Positions 29,478 through 39,320 of a stretch of DNA of 64,000 bases are shown here, one piece after another. A program made the translations under genes and the position numbers. The stretch spans positions 304,055 to 368,054 of the IMG/VR virus record IMGVR_UViG_3300005537_000001, one strand, 5' to 3'. Each line of letters starts with the position of its first letter. The stretch's first letter is position 1. The notes below the pieces were generated by a model. It was not told where the DNA came from. It was given only the letters and a program-made list of their open reading frames with translations, and searched no databases.

Positions 29478-31708
29478 TATGTTCCACTTGGATTATCGTT
29501 CTGAGTTGTGTTACCAATATCCGTTATCAGCGTCATGTTGTGGGTGAATTCTCCACCTGAAAATTTTGTTTCTACCAGGAGCAATCGATATACTCCATTG
29601 TAGAAAAATTCATCGGTGAACATTGGCCCACCAGCTATGAAATTTCCAGTCGAATCTACGTTGGGGGCAAATATTTTAATGACGACATAAATAGGATGTA
29701 CCGCTACATCTGGTCCATGCAGCAGTGGGTCATTCGTGCTGCCGGTCATAGATTTTGGTGGGCTTAAAACGTCGGCGATGCGTGGATAATAGTAGTTGGC
29801 ATAGTATGCCGCCTTCGCGCTTGAAACCGCGGTAGCTAAAAACGTGTTGAAGTTTGCCTCAGCTGTGTTTTGCCCACTCTGCGTAAACGTAGTTATCGTC
29901 TGCGGCGATTTGATAATTTGGCCATGCTGTGGATAACCACCTCGAGTATTTCTGTCTGCAAATTTCTTGATGATGTTTGGATTACCGCGAACCGTCATAT
30001 CAAGCTGCATGTTGCTTAAAAAGTGAACGCTTGCAAACGTTTGCGTGTATTGCTGCTTGATGTTTAGCTGGGATTGAGCTATGGCATCAGATATAGCTTC
30101 AGCGTTTCTTTGATCCTGGTTGTTGTCTTTCTGCGCTAGTGATTTTATCGGGAAGAATATTGGGTCATTCGCCCTTAAATCCGGAGCGTAAACGTTAAGC
30201 GCGTCCTTAGCTCCAACTGATCCCTGCGCAACGGCTGATTTTTTCTGGCCCTGCGCCGCGAGCTGGTTAAAGCGAGAAGTACCGATGTTAAGGTTTGTGT
30301 CAAGTGCCTGCACCGCAGTTTCTGGGTCAAACTTTACGTCAAGGTGAATGATAGCGTTGTTTTGCCCGCTGAACAGATAGTTGTACGTAATGACGTTTTC
30401 ATACTGGTTGACATCAGTTTGATTGGTGCTACCAGACGTTACTGTTACAGAATTAGAATTTGGCTGAGAGTTCTGAGATTTTTGCTTGTCGACGTTAATT
30501 ATCGGTAGATAGAATGGATAGATGTCATAGTGCACCAAGTATGACGTGTCATCCGACGTCACTACGGTTAATATCTTAAATGCTATCGCTTGACCATTTT
30601 GGCGCTTATCGCTGCTGGCGAGCGCCAAAATTTTGGATGATGATTCAAGAATTCTCTTTATGGCATCCGGAATAGTTGTTGAGTCAGATAGCTTCATCGT
30701 GCTGAATGAAGGACCAGGCGTTATCGTTGCCAACGCGATCTCAGCCGCTGCGCTTTTATCCGTCACATTATCCTGCGTTGCCGCGATGTACATCTTTTCA
30801 ACGTTGGTTGACTGCGGCGCGATATCGAGAGGGAATGCTCCCCAGTTGTTTGGTTCTGTAGTTGGATAGGTAATCATGTATTGAACCAGCTTACCAAGCT
30901 GCTGCCCAGGCACCGCCTTTCCAGCTATGTTTAGCGCGTTGGTGTATTTTTGAAAAAAATCTAACGATCTTACGTTGAGTTCCTTTTCAAACGCGTCAAG
31001 CATGCCACCAACCGTATTTGAAAAATTCTGGGTTGTAAACGATTTAGCATCACCAACGTAGTTAAGCTGGTCGGTGCCAGCGCCGCCACGCTCCTGCCCA
31101 CCTTCAGCTTCCCAAAACGTCATATCGAACGTCGATCCACTTGCGCTGAAGCTCAACCCCATCGTCAATATGGTCATTGGAATATACGTTACAGCTACGG
31201 TTTCTGTCGTACCATCATCTTTATGTCCGACGAATATGATCGCTAGGAGAAAGAAAGCTGAGAAGCGGGTAGATTTTATCTTGTTGCGGAATAAATCCAT
31301 CATCAAGTTGAAGAATGAAATACCGGTTGTGTCTATCAGCTGCATCGTGTGCGTGGCACCCGGCGTCGTTGGGTTGACGCTATCACCAGTGCCGTAGGTG
31401 TGGTTCATCTGCCAATCAACTATCGAATATTGGGAAAATCTACGAGTATCTAGGATAAGATAAACGTCTGAATTTCCAATGTGAAATTTTTGACCGGGCG
31501 CGTTAGCCGCGAGCACCGCGTTTAGGAGCGGCGATGGCTGGTTGGAATTACTTTGGCTGATGCTGTTTAGCCCACCACCTATCTGATCGATGAACGCCTG
31601 CGTGGTACTTGCTAGCGTCATTACGAAATGATAAGAATACGTTCTAAAGTTATCCAAGGGGTTTGGATAGTTAGCCCCCTGGTTGATAAAATCTTGTGGT
31701 GATGCCAT
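29477..31708 (-). CDS. Baseplate hub protein (gp27/gpD-like)
   Basis: NPLD.F.TYSYHF.M; MTVRGNP; YNGVYR...VE.KFSGG.F...MTL; lies between the gp53-like and gp5 genes. Confidence 0.6.
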   Translation of the reverse strand: MASPQDFINQGANYPNPLDNFRTYSYHFVMTLASTTQAFIDQIGGGLNSISQSNSNQPSPLLNAVLAANAPGQKFHIGNSDVYLILDTRRFSQYSIVDWQMNHTYGTGDSVNPTTPGATHTMQLIDTTGISFFNLMMDLFRNKIKSTRFSAFFLLAIIFVGHKDDGTTETVAVTYIPMTILTMGLSFSASGSTFDMTFWEAEGGQERGGAGTDQLNYVGDAKSFTTQNFSNTVGGMLDAFEKELNVRSLDFFQKYTNALNIAGKAVPGQQLGKLVQYMITYPTTEPNNWGAFPLDIAPQSTNVEKMYIAATQDNVTDKSAAAEIALATITPGPSFSTMKLSDSTTIPDAIKRILESSSKILALASSDKRQNGQAIAFKILTVVTSDDTSYLVHYDIYPFYLPIINVDKQKSQNSQPNSNSVTVTSGSTNQTDVNQYENVITYNYLFSGQNNAIIHLDVKFDPETAVQALDTNLNIGTSRFNQLAAQGQKKSAVAQGSVGAKDALNVYAPDLRANDPIFFPIKSLAQKDNNQDQRNAEAISDAIAQSQLNIKQQYTQTFASVHFLSNMQLDMTVRGNPNIIKKFADRNTRGGYPQHGQIIKSPQTITTFTQSGQNTAEANFNTFLATAVSSAKAAYYANYYYPRIADVLSPPKSMTGSTNDPLLHGPDVAVHPIYVVIKIFAPNVDSTGNFIAGGPMFTDEFFYNGVYRLLLVETKFSGGEFTHNMTLITDIGNTTQNDNPSGT

Positions 31709-31715
31709 ATGTTCG

Positions 31716-32135
31716 CTATGTTATGATTGGTGATATCAAGTTTACTGGTTCTCTTGTCGAATTGACGCCGCCCTGCTTTGTTGATAGCATCAGCGGTAAG
31801 CGTGAAATTGTTGGTATCAGTAGGATTCTTCCGGCAACTATTTCACCAAATGGATCTATGATGTTGTTGTACTGGCATATAAACCAGTGAAAACGAACGT
31901 CACCGTAAAATACATTCGAAATAAGGTCAGGCCTACCAGTATAAAAATTTTCAACTGTGTAGACTATGTCGGTTGGATCTCTTGGAAATATTCCTCTTTC
32001 CCACCACTCGATAAAGTTGTTAGCGACTTCAGTTGTTCCGCCGGCTACGTAGTGCGAGAATTTATTAAACAGACTGTTTGTTTGATTGTTTGATATTGGT
32101 GCCCCAGCCAATATTGTTTTTGGTTTAGTCGCCAT
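31716..32135 (-). CDS. Baseplate wedge gp53/LysM-like protein
   Basis: Y.V.....RPDLIS..FYGD....W.I.QYN.IIDPF.....G..L.IP. Confidence 0.8.
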   Translation of the reverse strand: MATKPKTILAGAPISNNQTNSLFNKFSHYVAGGTTEVANNFIEWWERGIFPRDPTDIVYTVENFYTGRPDLISNVFYGDVRFHWFICQYNNIIDPFGEIVAGRILLIPTISRLPLMLSTKQGGVNSTREPVNLISPIIT

Positions 32136-33542
32136 TTATCCTCCACCAGCCGCGCCGGCGGCTAACGACTCAAGGGTTGATACTGGCGTTGCGGTCGTGG
32201 CACCCGTAGAAGCTGCCTGCTGTGGCTTGCTAGCTCCAGCTACTTGACCTACTGTCGCCATAGTCGGTTGGGATAAATCGAGCGTATTTTGATTAGATGG
32301 AGTCAGCGGCGAAATTGGCTGCGTTGCTGAAGCTGGGTTGTTTTTACCAAGCGCGCTTACCTGTGATGTAGTGAGGCCGCTAAACGCGGCTGGTAGATTT
32401 CCATTTCTATACTGCAGCAAATTGAATGAGGAATATTCGGCTGGCGAATATGATTCCTTGAGGTTGAGCGATAGATCTAGAATAACAGGAAATGGAACGC
32501 TGCCAGACGTCGGAATGTAATCTACCTCATTTGGAAATGTCCACTGATACTGCAGCAGCACGCACTTTACTGGTCCAACCATCTGCCTACCATAGGCGGT
32601 TAGCGTCAAGATTGGGGGCGGTGCTCCCAAATATTGCGTTGTTTGGGTATTTGGAGTCCCGGTACCAGTGCCATAAAATGGCATGGTCCACGAGCGAATA
32701 AGGTTTATGTACGCTAGATTTAGATCAGCTTCCTTAGTTGTTCTGGAAATCAATCTCGCTGTGACACCCCACTGTCTCGATGATGAACCATCGTACTTGA
32801 GAATTTCACCTGGATGCTGAATTGGTGTAAATGACTTGTAGTTTGCGTCGCGCGTTTCCGAAATTGTCGGCATCACGTCAAAAACTACTTGATTGTTAGT
32901 AAGCGCTGCCGCGGCATCGCCGCTGAGAGATGGCTGCTGCGATATGGTTACCTTGAGAGCTTGAGTATTGTCGCTTGAGCTTGTAGGTAGAGTTCCAACT
33001 GGAAGCGTATTTCCGTCCGGTTGTACTGGCCCAAGATTTATCAACATCTGACCAGTCGCGGTGTTTACGGCGTGGGCGACACCATTACCAACAACGATAC
33101 CAACTCCCGATGTTATCGCCGTTAGGCTGCCGGTGAGTCCTGTCGATCCAACCTTCAGCGCCGCTTCAGCCGTAAGCTGGAATGTTGATGGTGTAGCATA
33201 GTTGGTTATTGTTTCACCATTCTGCGGGTCTGTCATTTCTGGCGCTTGAGAATTTTCTGGCGCTATAGTTGGAGGTGGTGAGGGAACGGGCTGCTGAGCC
33301 TGTTGCGCAGCAGCTACGGCCGCGTCTAGCGCTGCCTGATCAGAATTAAGTTGAATTTGGTTTTGTTCGTGTAAATTTGCTGCAGTATTAACTTCTGCCT
33401 TGGCAAGTCCAATTTCAAGCTGCGATGATCCATTTGACTGCGCCACGCCGAGCGCTGTCTGAGCTTCGATCAAATCGGTGCTAGATTGCTGAAGATTTGC
33501 CTGCGACGTGGCAACTTGAGCCTGTAGGTCAGCGATTGTCAC
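32136..33542 (-). CDS. Tail tube initiator / baseplate-tube junction protein (gp48/gp54 or CIS-tube-like) with N-terminal coiled coil
   Basis: F...PTISE.R.ANY......HP; GAPPPIL.L.AYG; VL..Y.WTFP..VDYI; P....LS.NL.ESYSP. Confidence 0.6.
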   Translation of the reverse strand: MTIADLQAQVATSQANLQQSSTDLIEAQTALGVAQSNGSSQLEIGLAKAEVNTAANLHEQNQIQLNSDQAALDAAVAAAQQAQQPVPSPPPTIAPENSQAPEMTDPQNGETITNYATPSTFQLTAEAALKVGSTGLTGSLTAITSGVGIVVGNGVAHAVNTATGQMLINLGPVQPDGNTLPVGTLPTSSSDNTQALKVTISQQPSLSGDAAAALTNNQVVFDVMPTISETRDANYKSFTPIQHPGEILKYDGSSSRQWGVTARLISRTTKEADLNLAYINLIRSWTMPFYGTGTGTPNTQTTQYLGAPPPILTLTAYGRQMVGPVKCVLLQYQWTFPNEVDYIPTSGSVPFPVILDLSLNLKESYSPAEYSSFNLLQYRNGNLPAAFSGLTTSQVSALGKNNPASATQPISPLTPSNQNTLDLSQPTMATVGQVAGASKPQQAASTGATTATPVSTLESLAAGAAGGG

Positions 33543-34234
33543 AGCGCCGCCTTGATCTTATCAAACATTTTCTTAGCGAGCTTTGGATTATGCTCAAGCC
33601 CGACGATTTTAGCAAATTCTGGTTCGTAGCCAAGCTCCACTGCCCGGCGAGCGAGAGAGGCGGAAACTTTGTCCAGCTTAACGGCGCCGTCATCCTTAAG
33701 CCCCGTCAGCGTTGAATCAACGGCCGCGTTCTTTTCTTTCTTTTTTGTTTCTACTGAATCTTCATCACGTGATAGCGCAAGTGAATGATGTACAATGGAC
33801 TTTCCATCATTGGTTTTGAAATATTTGTCGAGAATCTGCTTATATCCTGGCAGTCTCTCTGGGCCAGCTGCGACAACGATAGGTTCGTACCCTTTATCCC
33901 GAAGCATCGAAAACGCAGCAAAGGCGTCGGGTGCCGTAAAGAAAGTTACTCCATTTGCCTTGCCGCTAGCTTTCATAAATACCATGCGCTCGGCGACGCT
34001 AAGCGGGTTTTTCTTCTTGTCATCATCTGACTTACCACCCCCAATGATTACCACCGCAGGTCCAGCTTCCAGCTTCAGCTCAGGGTGCTCCCTGATAAAC
34101 TTCTTCACCGCCCCAAACACAGCGTAGTGCCCCTTAGTTGGAGGGTTAAATCGACCAATCACAACTGCAACTCGCTTTGAGCCGACGGGAGCAAGACTCT
34201 CGAAGAGAGCGTCTATGTTTTCGATATCATTCAT
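33539..34234 (-). CDS. HIGH-family nucleotidyltransferase (phage cytidyltransferase-like)
   Basis: GRFNPPTKGH, KNPLS..ER, AG.ER, SAS..R motifs; late promoter upstream. Confidence 0.8.
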   Translation of the reverse strand: MNDIENIDALFESLAPVGSKRVAVVIGRFNPPTKGHYAVFGAVKKFIREHPELKLEAGPAVVIIGGGKSDDDKKKNPLSVAERMVFMKASGKANGVTFFTAPDAFAAFSMLRDKGYEPIVVAAGPERLPGYKQILDKYFKTNDGKSIVHHSLALSRDEDSVETKKKEKNAAVDSTLTGLKDDGAVKLDKVSASLARRAVELGYEPEFAKIVGLEHNPKLAKKMFDKIKAAL

Positions 34235-34263
34235 GTGTATCCTGATGAAAGAAGTCTACGAGA

Positions 34264-34271
34264 TATTTATG
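34264..34271 (-). promoter_or_regulatory. Late promoter CATAAATA heading the baseplate operon
   Basis: Intergenic, 30 nt upstream of the 34234 start. Confidence 0.75.
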
Positions 34272-34298
34272 GGTTCAGAATTTCCTACCAGTTCACTG

Positions 34299-34327
34299 TT
34301 TACATTGGAGACAATACTGTGTATAAT
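34299..34327 (+). promoter_or_regulatory. Sigma70-type early/middle promoter
   Basis: gTTTACA-17 bp-TATAAT with TGTG before the -10 (T4 early-like). Confidence 0.8.
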
Positions 34328-34368
34328 TGCAGTTACTCTCCTAGCGTGTCACGTCCAGGAGAAATAGT

Positions 34369-35088
34369 TTGACAAAAATAAAACGCGAAAAAAGCACTAG
34401 TACTAAGGGCCATTACGTCACAAATGGAGTACTTCTTCCAGCTGTAATTGAAGCTAAAGGTCTCGGAAAGGTTACCGATAAGCTTATTCGGATGATCACG
34501 ATGATCGCCGAGCGGTATTCCAGGAAGGCCAATTTTGTTGGGTATTCGTTTCGCGAGGACATGGTCTCCGCCGCGGTAATGAACCTGTGCAACAACGCGC
34601 TTAAATTCAATCCTGAGAAGTCATCCAACCCCTTCTCATTCTACACGACTGCTATCCATAACTCATTCCTGCAGTACATGGCAGATGAGAAGAAGCACCG
34701 CAACATCCGCGACGCGCTTCTGATTGACGCTGGCTCCAACCCCTCCTTTAACTTCATGAACGGTGGCGTCGACAAGACGGAAGAAGTTGAGATACGAGAA
34801 TCGGATGAGATAATCATTCTAGACCAGAAGGAAATGTCTCCGGAGGATCTCGTTGTTGATCGGACTCCGGATGTCGTTGAATCACCAGTTCCAGCAAAAT
34901 CGCGTCATCCCAAGTGGGCTGCTCGTGAGCCAGGCCCAGTCATTACCTACAAGCCAAGCCAGTATACGGTTGATCCAATTACCAACAAGGTAACGATCAA
35001 TCCAATTCCAGAGCCGGTTGAAAAGAAAAAAGCTAAATCTGCTCCCAAGAAAAAGAAAGCTGTTAAGAAACCAGCTAAGAAGAAATAA
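34369..35088 (+). CDS. Late-transcription sigma factor, T4 gp55-like, with Lys-rich C-terminal tail
   Basis: HYV.N..L; IAE.YSRK.NF.GYSFREDM; KFNPEKSSNPF.FYT...HNSFL.....EKK; TTG start with AGGAG SD. Confidence 0.9.
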   Translation: MTKIKREKSTSTKGHYVTNGVLLPAVIEAKGLGKVTDKLIRMITMIAERYSRKANFVGYSFREDMVSAAVMNLCNNALKFNPEKSSNPFSFYTTAIHNSFLQYMADEKKHRNIRDALLIDAGSNPSFNFMNGGVDKTEEVEIRESDEIIILDQKEMSPEDLVVDRTPDVVESPVPAKSRHPKWAAREPGPVITYKPSQYTVDPITNKVTINPIPEPVEKKKAKSAPKKKKAVKKPAKKK

Positions 35089-35091
35089 CTC

Positions 35092-36147
35092 ATGCGAGTA
35101 ATTAGGGTTGGTGCCCTTAACAAGGTAGCGATGTTCACGGACATCCACTTTGGCAAAAAGAATAACTCCATACAGCACAATCAAGATTGTCTTGATTTCG
35201 TCAATTGGTTCTGTGATAAAGTTAAGAAGGATAGCGATATCAGCCATGTTGTTTTCATGGGTGATTTTTTTGAGAATCGAAATTCGGTCAACGTAATGAC
35301 TATGAATTTTGCCTATGAGGCTCTCAGTAAGCTTAATTCTCTCTGTCTTCCAATTTACATTATCGTAGGCAATCATGATCTTTACCACAGAGAAAATCGA
35401 AAAGTGTTCTCAACAAAAGTATTTGAGGAGTTTGAACACGTAAATCTTGTTAGCGAACCTCAAGTACTTGCCGATAAAATTCTTCTAGCTCCGTTCATGT
35501 TCAAGGAAGAATATCCACTTTTGGTGCAGTACAACAATTTGCCATATTGGATGGGACACTTCGAATTCAGAAACTTCATCGTCACTGGAACCGACAGAGT
35601 TATGGAGCATGGTCCCGAGCACAACTCGTTTGATGGGCCGAAGTTCATTTTCTCTGGACACTTTCACAAGCGACAGGCGAAGGACAACATCGTGTACATT
35701 GGTAATTGCTTTCCAATGGATTACGGTGATGCTTGGGACGACGCGCGTGGTATGTGCGTTCTAGATACAAAAAATGATAACGTTGATTTCATCGATTGGA
35801 TAGATTGTCCAAAGTACCGTAAGGTTAAACTATCCGACGTGCTAAATCAAGCTGAAATCAACTACCCACCTAAATGCCGCGTGCGCTGCACGATCGACAC
35901 AGAGATTGGTTATTCTGAAGCTCAGCAGCTTCGTGAGGAAATTACCAAGCTGATGGATCTCCGTGAATTTTCCCTTGAAGAAAATTTGTATGAAAAGAAA
36001 GATGCCATCGCCGGTGATAATGAGATAATCGATGATTTCGACTTAAGCTCGCTCAATGACGCTGTGGTGCGCATGCTTAAAACGGGTGTTACCGGAACTT
36101 CTACCATCGACGCCGAACGACTTATCGATATCTATCAGAGACTATAA
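35092..36147 (+). CDS. Recombination endonuclease subunit gp47 (Mre11/SbcD-like)
   Basis: FTDIHFG, GDFF, GNHD, GHFE, SGHFH metallophosphoesterase motifs. Confidence 0.92.
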   Translation: MRVIRVGALNKVAMFTDIHFGKKNNSIQHNQDCLDFVNWFCDKVKKDSDISHVVFMGDFFENRNSVNVMTMNFAYEALSKLNSLCLPIYIIVGNHDLYHRENRKVFSTKVFEEFEHVNLVSEPQVLADKILLAPFMFKEEYPLLVQYNNLPYWMGHFEFRNFIVTGTDRVMEHGPEHNSFDGPKFIFSGHFHKRQAKDNIVYIGNCFPMDYGDAWDDARGMCVLDTKNDNVDFIDWIDCPKYRKVKLSDVLNQAEINYPPKCRVRCTIDTEIGYSEAQQLREEITKLMDLREFSLEENLYEKKDAIAGDNEIIDDFDLSSLNDAVVRMLKTGVTGTSTIDAERLIDIYQRL

Positions 36148-36150
36148 CGC

Positions 36151-37908
36151 ATGAGCGCACCACTTACGCTACTTACGCTTGTCATCCGAAATTTTCTGAG
36201 CTTCGGCAACTCGATGACAACCATCGAGCTAACAGGTGATGGCACGACGCACATTACCGGCGAAAACCTAGATACCAATTCCAACAATGGAGCTGGAAAA
36301 ACGACGATCATCAACGCGATCTGCTACGCGCTTTACAACAAGCCATTCGATAACATCTCGCTGCAGCGCCTCATCAATTCAACCAATAACCTCAAAAATA
36401 CATTAATGGAGGTTAAGCTTACCTTCACCAAGGGTGAGGATGAGTACACAATTCACCGCACTCGTGGTGAAACCTTCAACATCGCCATCACCAAAAATGG
36501 TGATGACATAACGCTTGATTCCGTTACCGAAAATGACAAGGCGATTGAAGAAATTATCGGCATGAGCTATGAGCTCTTCACCAAGATCGTTGTGTTCTCC
36601 GGTAATTCCACGCCATTTTTACAGATGCCGGTATCGCAGCAGCGACAGCAGATCGAAGAACTCTTTAACATCACCCTGCTTTCTGAGAAGGCGGTGAAGC
36701 TCAAGGAAATCATCAAGTCGACTGAAAATGCCATCGCGATTCAGGATGCTGTAATCAAGGAACAAGAAGCGCAAATAACGCTGTACAACAGGCAGCTAAC
36801 CGATGCTGAGGCGCGAATTGATCGCTGGGAAAACGATCGCTTCGCGCAGATTGAAGCGTTAACTTCTGATTTGCAGCTTATCGAATTCCTGAAAACAGTC
36901 AACATGGACGAGGAAAAAGAACTTCACGCGCTAACCGATCAGCTAGAAAAAACGCTGTCACCTCTCAACAGTTCAGTTGCGATAGCTAAACGGGATCGTT
37001 CTACCGCGGCAACCGACGTTCGAAAGCTTACAGAGGAGCTTGAACATCTCATAGTTGCAAAATGTCCATACTGCCTACAAAAATACGAGAGCGCCGATAA
37101 AAAAATTCTAGAGAAGCAGGAGCTGTTCAACAAGAAGCAAGATCGCGTTATCGCGCTTGATGAAAAAATTAGGGTGCAGCAGGGTGAGATAGACAGCATT
37201 AACGAGCAGATCGGAGCTGCCCGCTCCATCATGAAATTTACTTCTTTCGCAGAAGCGGTTCGCGCAGAATCAGCCGCGATCGGCGCTCAGCAGAAAATTA
37301 ATGATCTAAGCGAAGCTATCAACCCCCATATTGACGCCTATGAGCAGCTTAAAAATACCGCGATTAAGAAGGCGTCGTACGCTGAGCTTGATTTTCTCAA
37401 GAAAGATCTTGAGCATCAGCAGTTTTTACTCAGGTTGTTGACAGATAAGAATTCATTCATCCGGCGCCGCATCATTAACAGGACAATTCCATTCCTAAAT
37501 AGTAGATTGATTCACTACACCAAGGAGCTTGGGCTCCCGCACGTAGTCAAGTTTGACGATGATATGAGCTGCACGGTTTCAGAGTATGGGAGAGAGCTGG
37601 ACTTCGGTAACCTTTCGAGCGGCGAGAAGAAAAGAGTAAACCTCTCACTGTCGCTCGCTTTTCGAGATGTTCTTCATCACCTGCACTCACGAGTTAACTG
37701 CCTCTTCATCGACGAAATTGACGGATCACTCGACGGCCCAGGCGTCGAAAGCGTGTTCCGCCTCCTCAAGCAGAAGTCTCGAGATGAGGGACTTGGATTG
37801 TGGATCATCTCGCATAGACCAGAAGCCGTTGGTCGTTTTGATCGTTACTTAATCGTACGAAAGGAAAATGGTTTCTCCCGCATCGTAGACGAAAAGGAAG
37901 CAGCATGA
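36151..37908 (+). CDS. Recombination ATPase subunit gp46 (Rad50/SbcC-like)
   Basis: NFLSFGN, Walker A NGAGKT, zinc hook CPYC, signature LSSGEK, Walker B LFIDE, IISH. Confidence 0.93.
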   Translation: MSAPLTLLTLVIRNFLSFGNSMTTIELTGDGTTHITGENLDTNSNNGAGKTTIINAICYALYNKPFDNISLQRLINSTNNLKNTLMEVKLTFTKGEDEYTIHRTRGETFNIAITKNGDDITLDSVTENDKAIEEIIGMSYELFTKIVVFSGNSTPFLQMPVSQQRQQIEELFNITLLSEKAVKLKEIIKSTENAIAIQDAVIKEQEAQITLYNRQLTDAEARIDRWENDRFAQIEALTSDLQLIEFLKTVNMDEEKELHALTDQLEKTLSPLNSSVAIAKRDRSTAATDVRKLTEELEHLIVAKCPYCLQKYESADKKILEKQELFNKKQDRVIALDEKIRVQQGEIDSINEQIGAARSIMKFTSFAEAVRAESAAIGAQQKINDLSEAINPHIDAYEQLKNTAIKKASYAELDFLKKDLEHQQFLLRLLTDKNSFIRRRIINRTIPFLNSRLIHYTKELGLPHVVKFDDDMSCTVSEYGRELDFGNLSSGEKKRVNLSLSLAFRDVLHHLHSRVNCLFIDEIDGSLDGPGVESVFRLLKQKSRDEGLGLWIISHRPEAVGRFDRYLIVRKENGFSRIVDEKEAA

Positions 37909-38078
37909 TTGACGCAAATCAGGTGTATCGAGGCGACGTAAAATATTTCATTGAGCGCTTCTTTAGGGATCCCAGTGAAAAGAAAATTAAAGCTGTAGCG
38001 GCACTTATGTATGCTGGTCTGCACAAAATACCCATTTCAGACGTGAACAAAATTACGGTTGAAATTACGACCGCATGA
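37905..38078 (+). CDS. Small hypothetical protein (57 aa)
   Basis: Below the track cutoff; ATGA overlap with the gp46 stop, SD AAGGA; MIDANQVYRGDVKYFIERFF... Confidence 0.55.
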   Translation: MIDANQVYRGDVKYFIERFFRDPSEKKIKAVAALMYAGLHKIPISDVNKITVEITTA

Positions 38079-38099
38079 GAAGAACACAAAGGAAGCAGC

Positions 38100-38543
38100 A
38101 TGAAATTGTTCGAGCGTAAAGATTATTACGAAGGTCAAAGATACCCCGATAACGTAATTCTGACTTGGGGTCACAAGTACGATGGAGCATTTGAAGAAAA
38201 GGTTGTCAATCGAGAGCTTGGTATGGTCGCCAGTGATCGCGCGTTCGTCAAGAATGGTTTCTATATCAAGCTAGAGGTTCCATTTACTTTCACGACGACA
38301 TACCTTGAGCCAACCAGTTTTCTCTATCAAACCGGTAAGGTGCGTCCAACAGTCATGTTCGCTCGACGTAAATCCAACGGCAAAATAATTAAGTGGTGGG
38401 TTAAAATTCTTAAGCCTCTCAATCCATCAAGCGACCCAATCAATGTCGAAAAGAACATTGAGAAGTTTGGCCCCGAGTTAAGCTATAGCAACTACATTGG
38501 TGAGGATACAACTCCTCCAGTATTTTTTGAGGATGGAACCTGA
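38100..38543 (+). CDS. Hypothetical protein
   Basis: ORF with AAGGA SD, co-oriented in the operon. Confidence 0.65.
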   Translation: MKLFERKDYYEGQRYPDNVILTWGHKYDGAFEEKVVNRELGMVASDRAFVKNGFYIKLEVPFTFTTTYLEPTSFLYQTGKVRPTVMFARRKSNGKIIKWWVKILKPLNPSSDPINVEKNIEKFGPELSYSNYIGEDTTPPVFFEDGT

Positions 38544-38564
38544 TACCTTTGTTTATGCACCACC

Positions 38565-38572
38565 CATAAATA
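38565..38572 (+). promoter_or_regulatory. Late promoter CATAAATA, 4 nt before the endonuclease ATG
   Basis: CCCATAAATAATTAATG. Confidence 0.7.
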
Positions 38573-38576
38573 ATTA

Positions 38577-39320
38577 ATGGGCGGTATCTATTTTATTACA
38601 TGTAGCGTAAATGGAAAAATCTATGTTGGATCCGCTAAGGATTTGCATACTCGATGGGCTGAACATGTATCTCTTCTTAATCTACAGAAGCACTTCAATA
38701 GGAATCTTCAAAGAGCATGGTTGAAGTATGATAAAGATTCATTCACATATCGAATCCATGAACAGCTTGGTGAATACAATAAGAAGTTTTTCTTTGAAAG
38801 AGAAAACTTTTGGATGGATAAGCTAAGAGCTGAAGGAAAGCGATTATTCAACATAGCTAGAGCTCAGGGTGGCTGGGGTGAAGAAACAAAACTTCGTGTA
38901 ATGGAGATAGGCGCAAAGATAGGTGCCACACTTAGAAAAATGTATAATGCTATGTCTGATGAAGAGCGTAAGCAAAAATATGGGCATCGAAAAGATATCC
39001 CGTTATCTGAGGCACATAAAGTTCACCTAAGGAATTTTTGGAAAGATAAGCCAAAATCTGAAACTCATAAAGCAAATATGCGGATTGGTCAGCGGGAAAA
39101 TGTTTCTCCGGAAAGAAAGAAACAACGGAAAAAGAATATGTCGATAGTTGGGAAGAGTAGAAGAGGCTCAATCCCATCAAATGCGAAACCAATACTTTTT
39201 AGAGGTGTTGAATACTCATCAGCCCCAGAATGTAAAAGAAAAACTGGGTTCACAATGCATCAAATATTATTAGAAGTATATGGACCAAATTATAGAAAAA
39301 CCAAAAAAGAAGCGGCTTAA
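38577..39320 (+). mobile_element. Free-standing GIY-YIG homing endonuclease with NUMOD3-like repeats
   Basis: GIYFI......KIYVGS....RW..H...L....H.N..LQ.AW.KY; SE.HK repeats; AT-rich. Confidence 0.9.

Noticed and set aside
1719-33715. Dozens of 60-227 aa ORFs antisense to or overlapping the tail and baseplate genes
   Set aside because: Shadow ORFs expected from Gly/Ala/Thr/Val-rich coding on the minus strand; no SD, promoters or recognisable motifs
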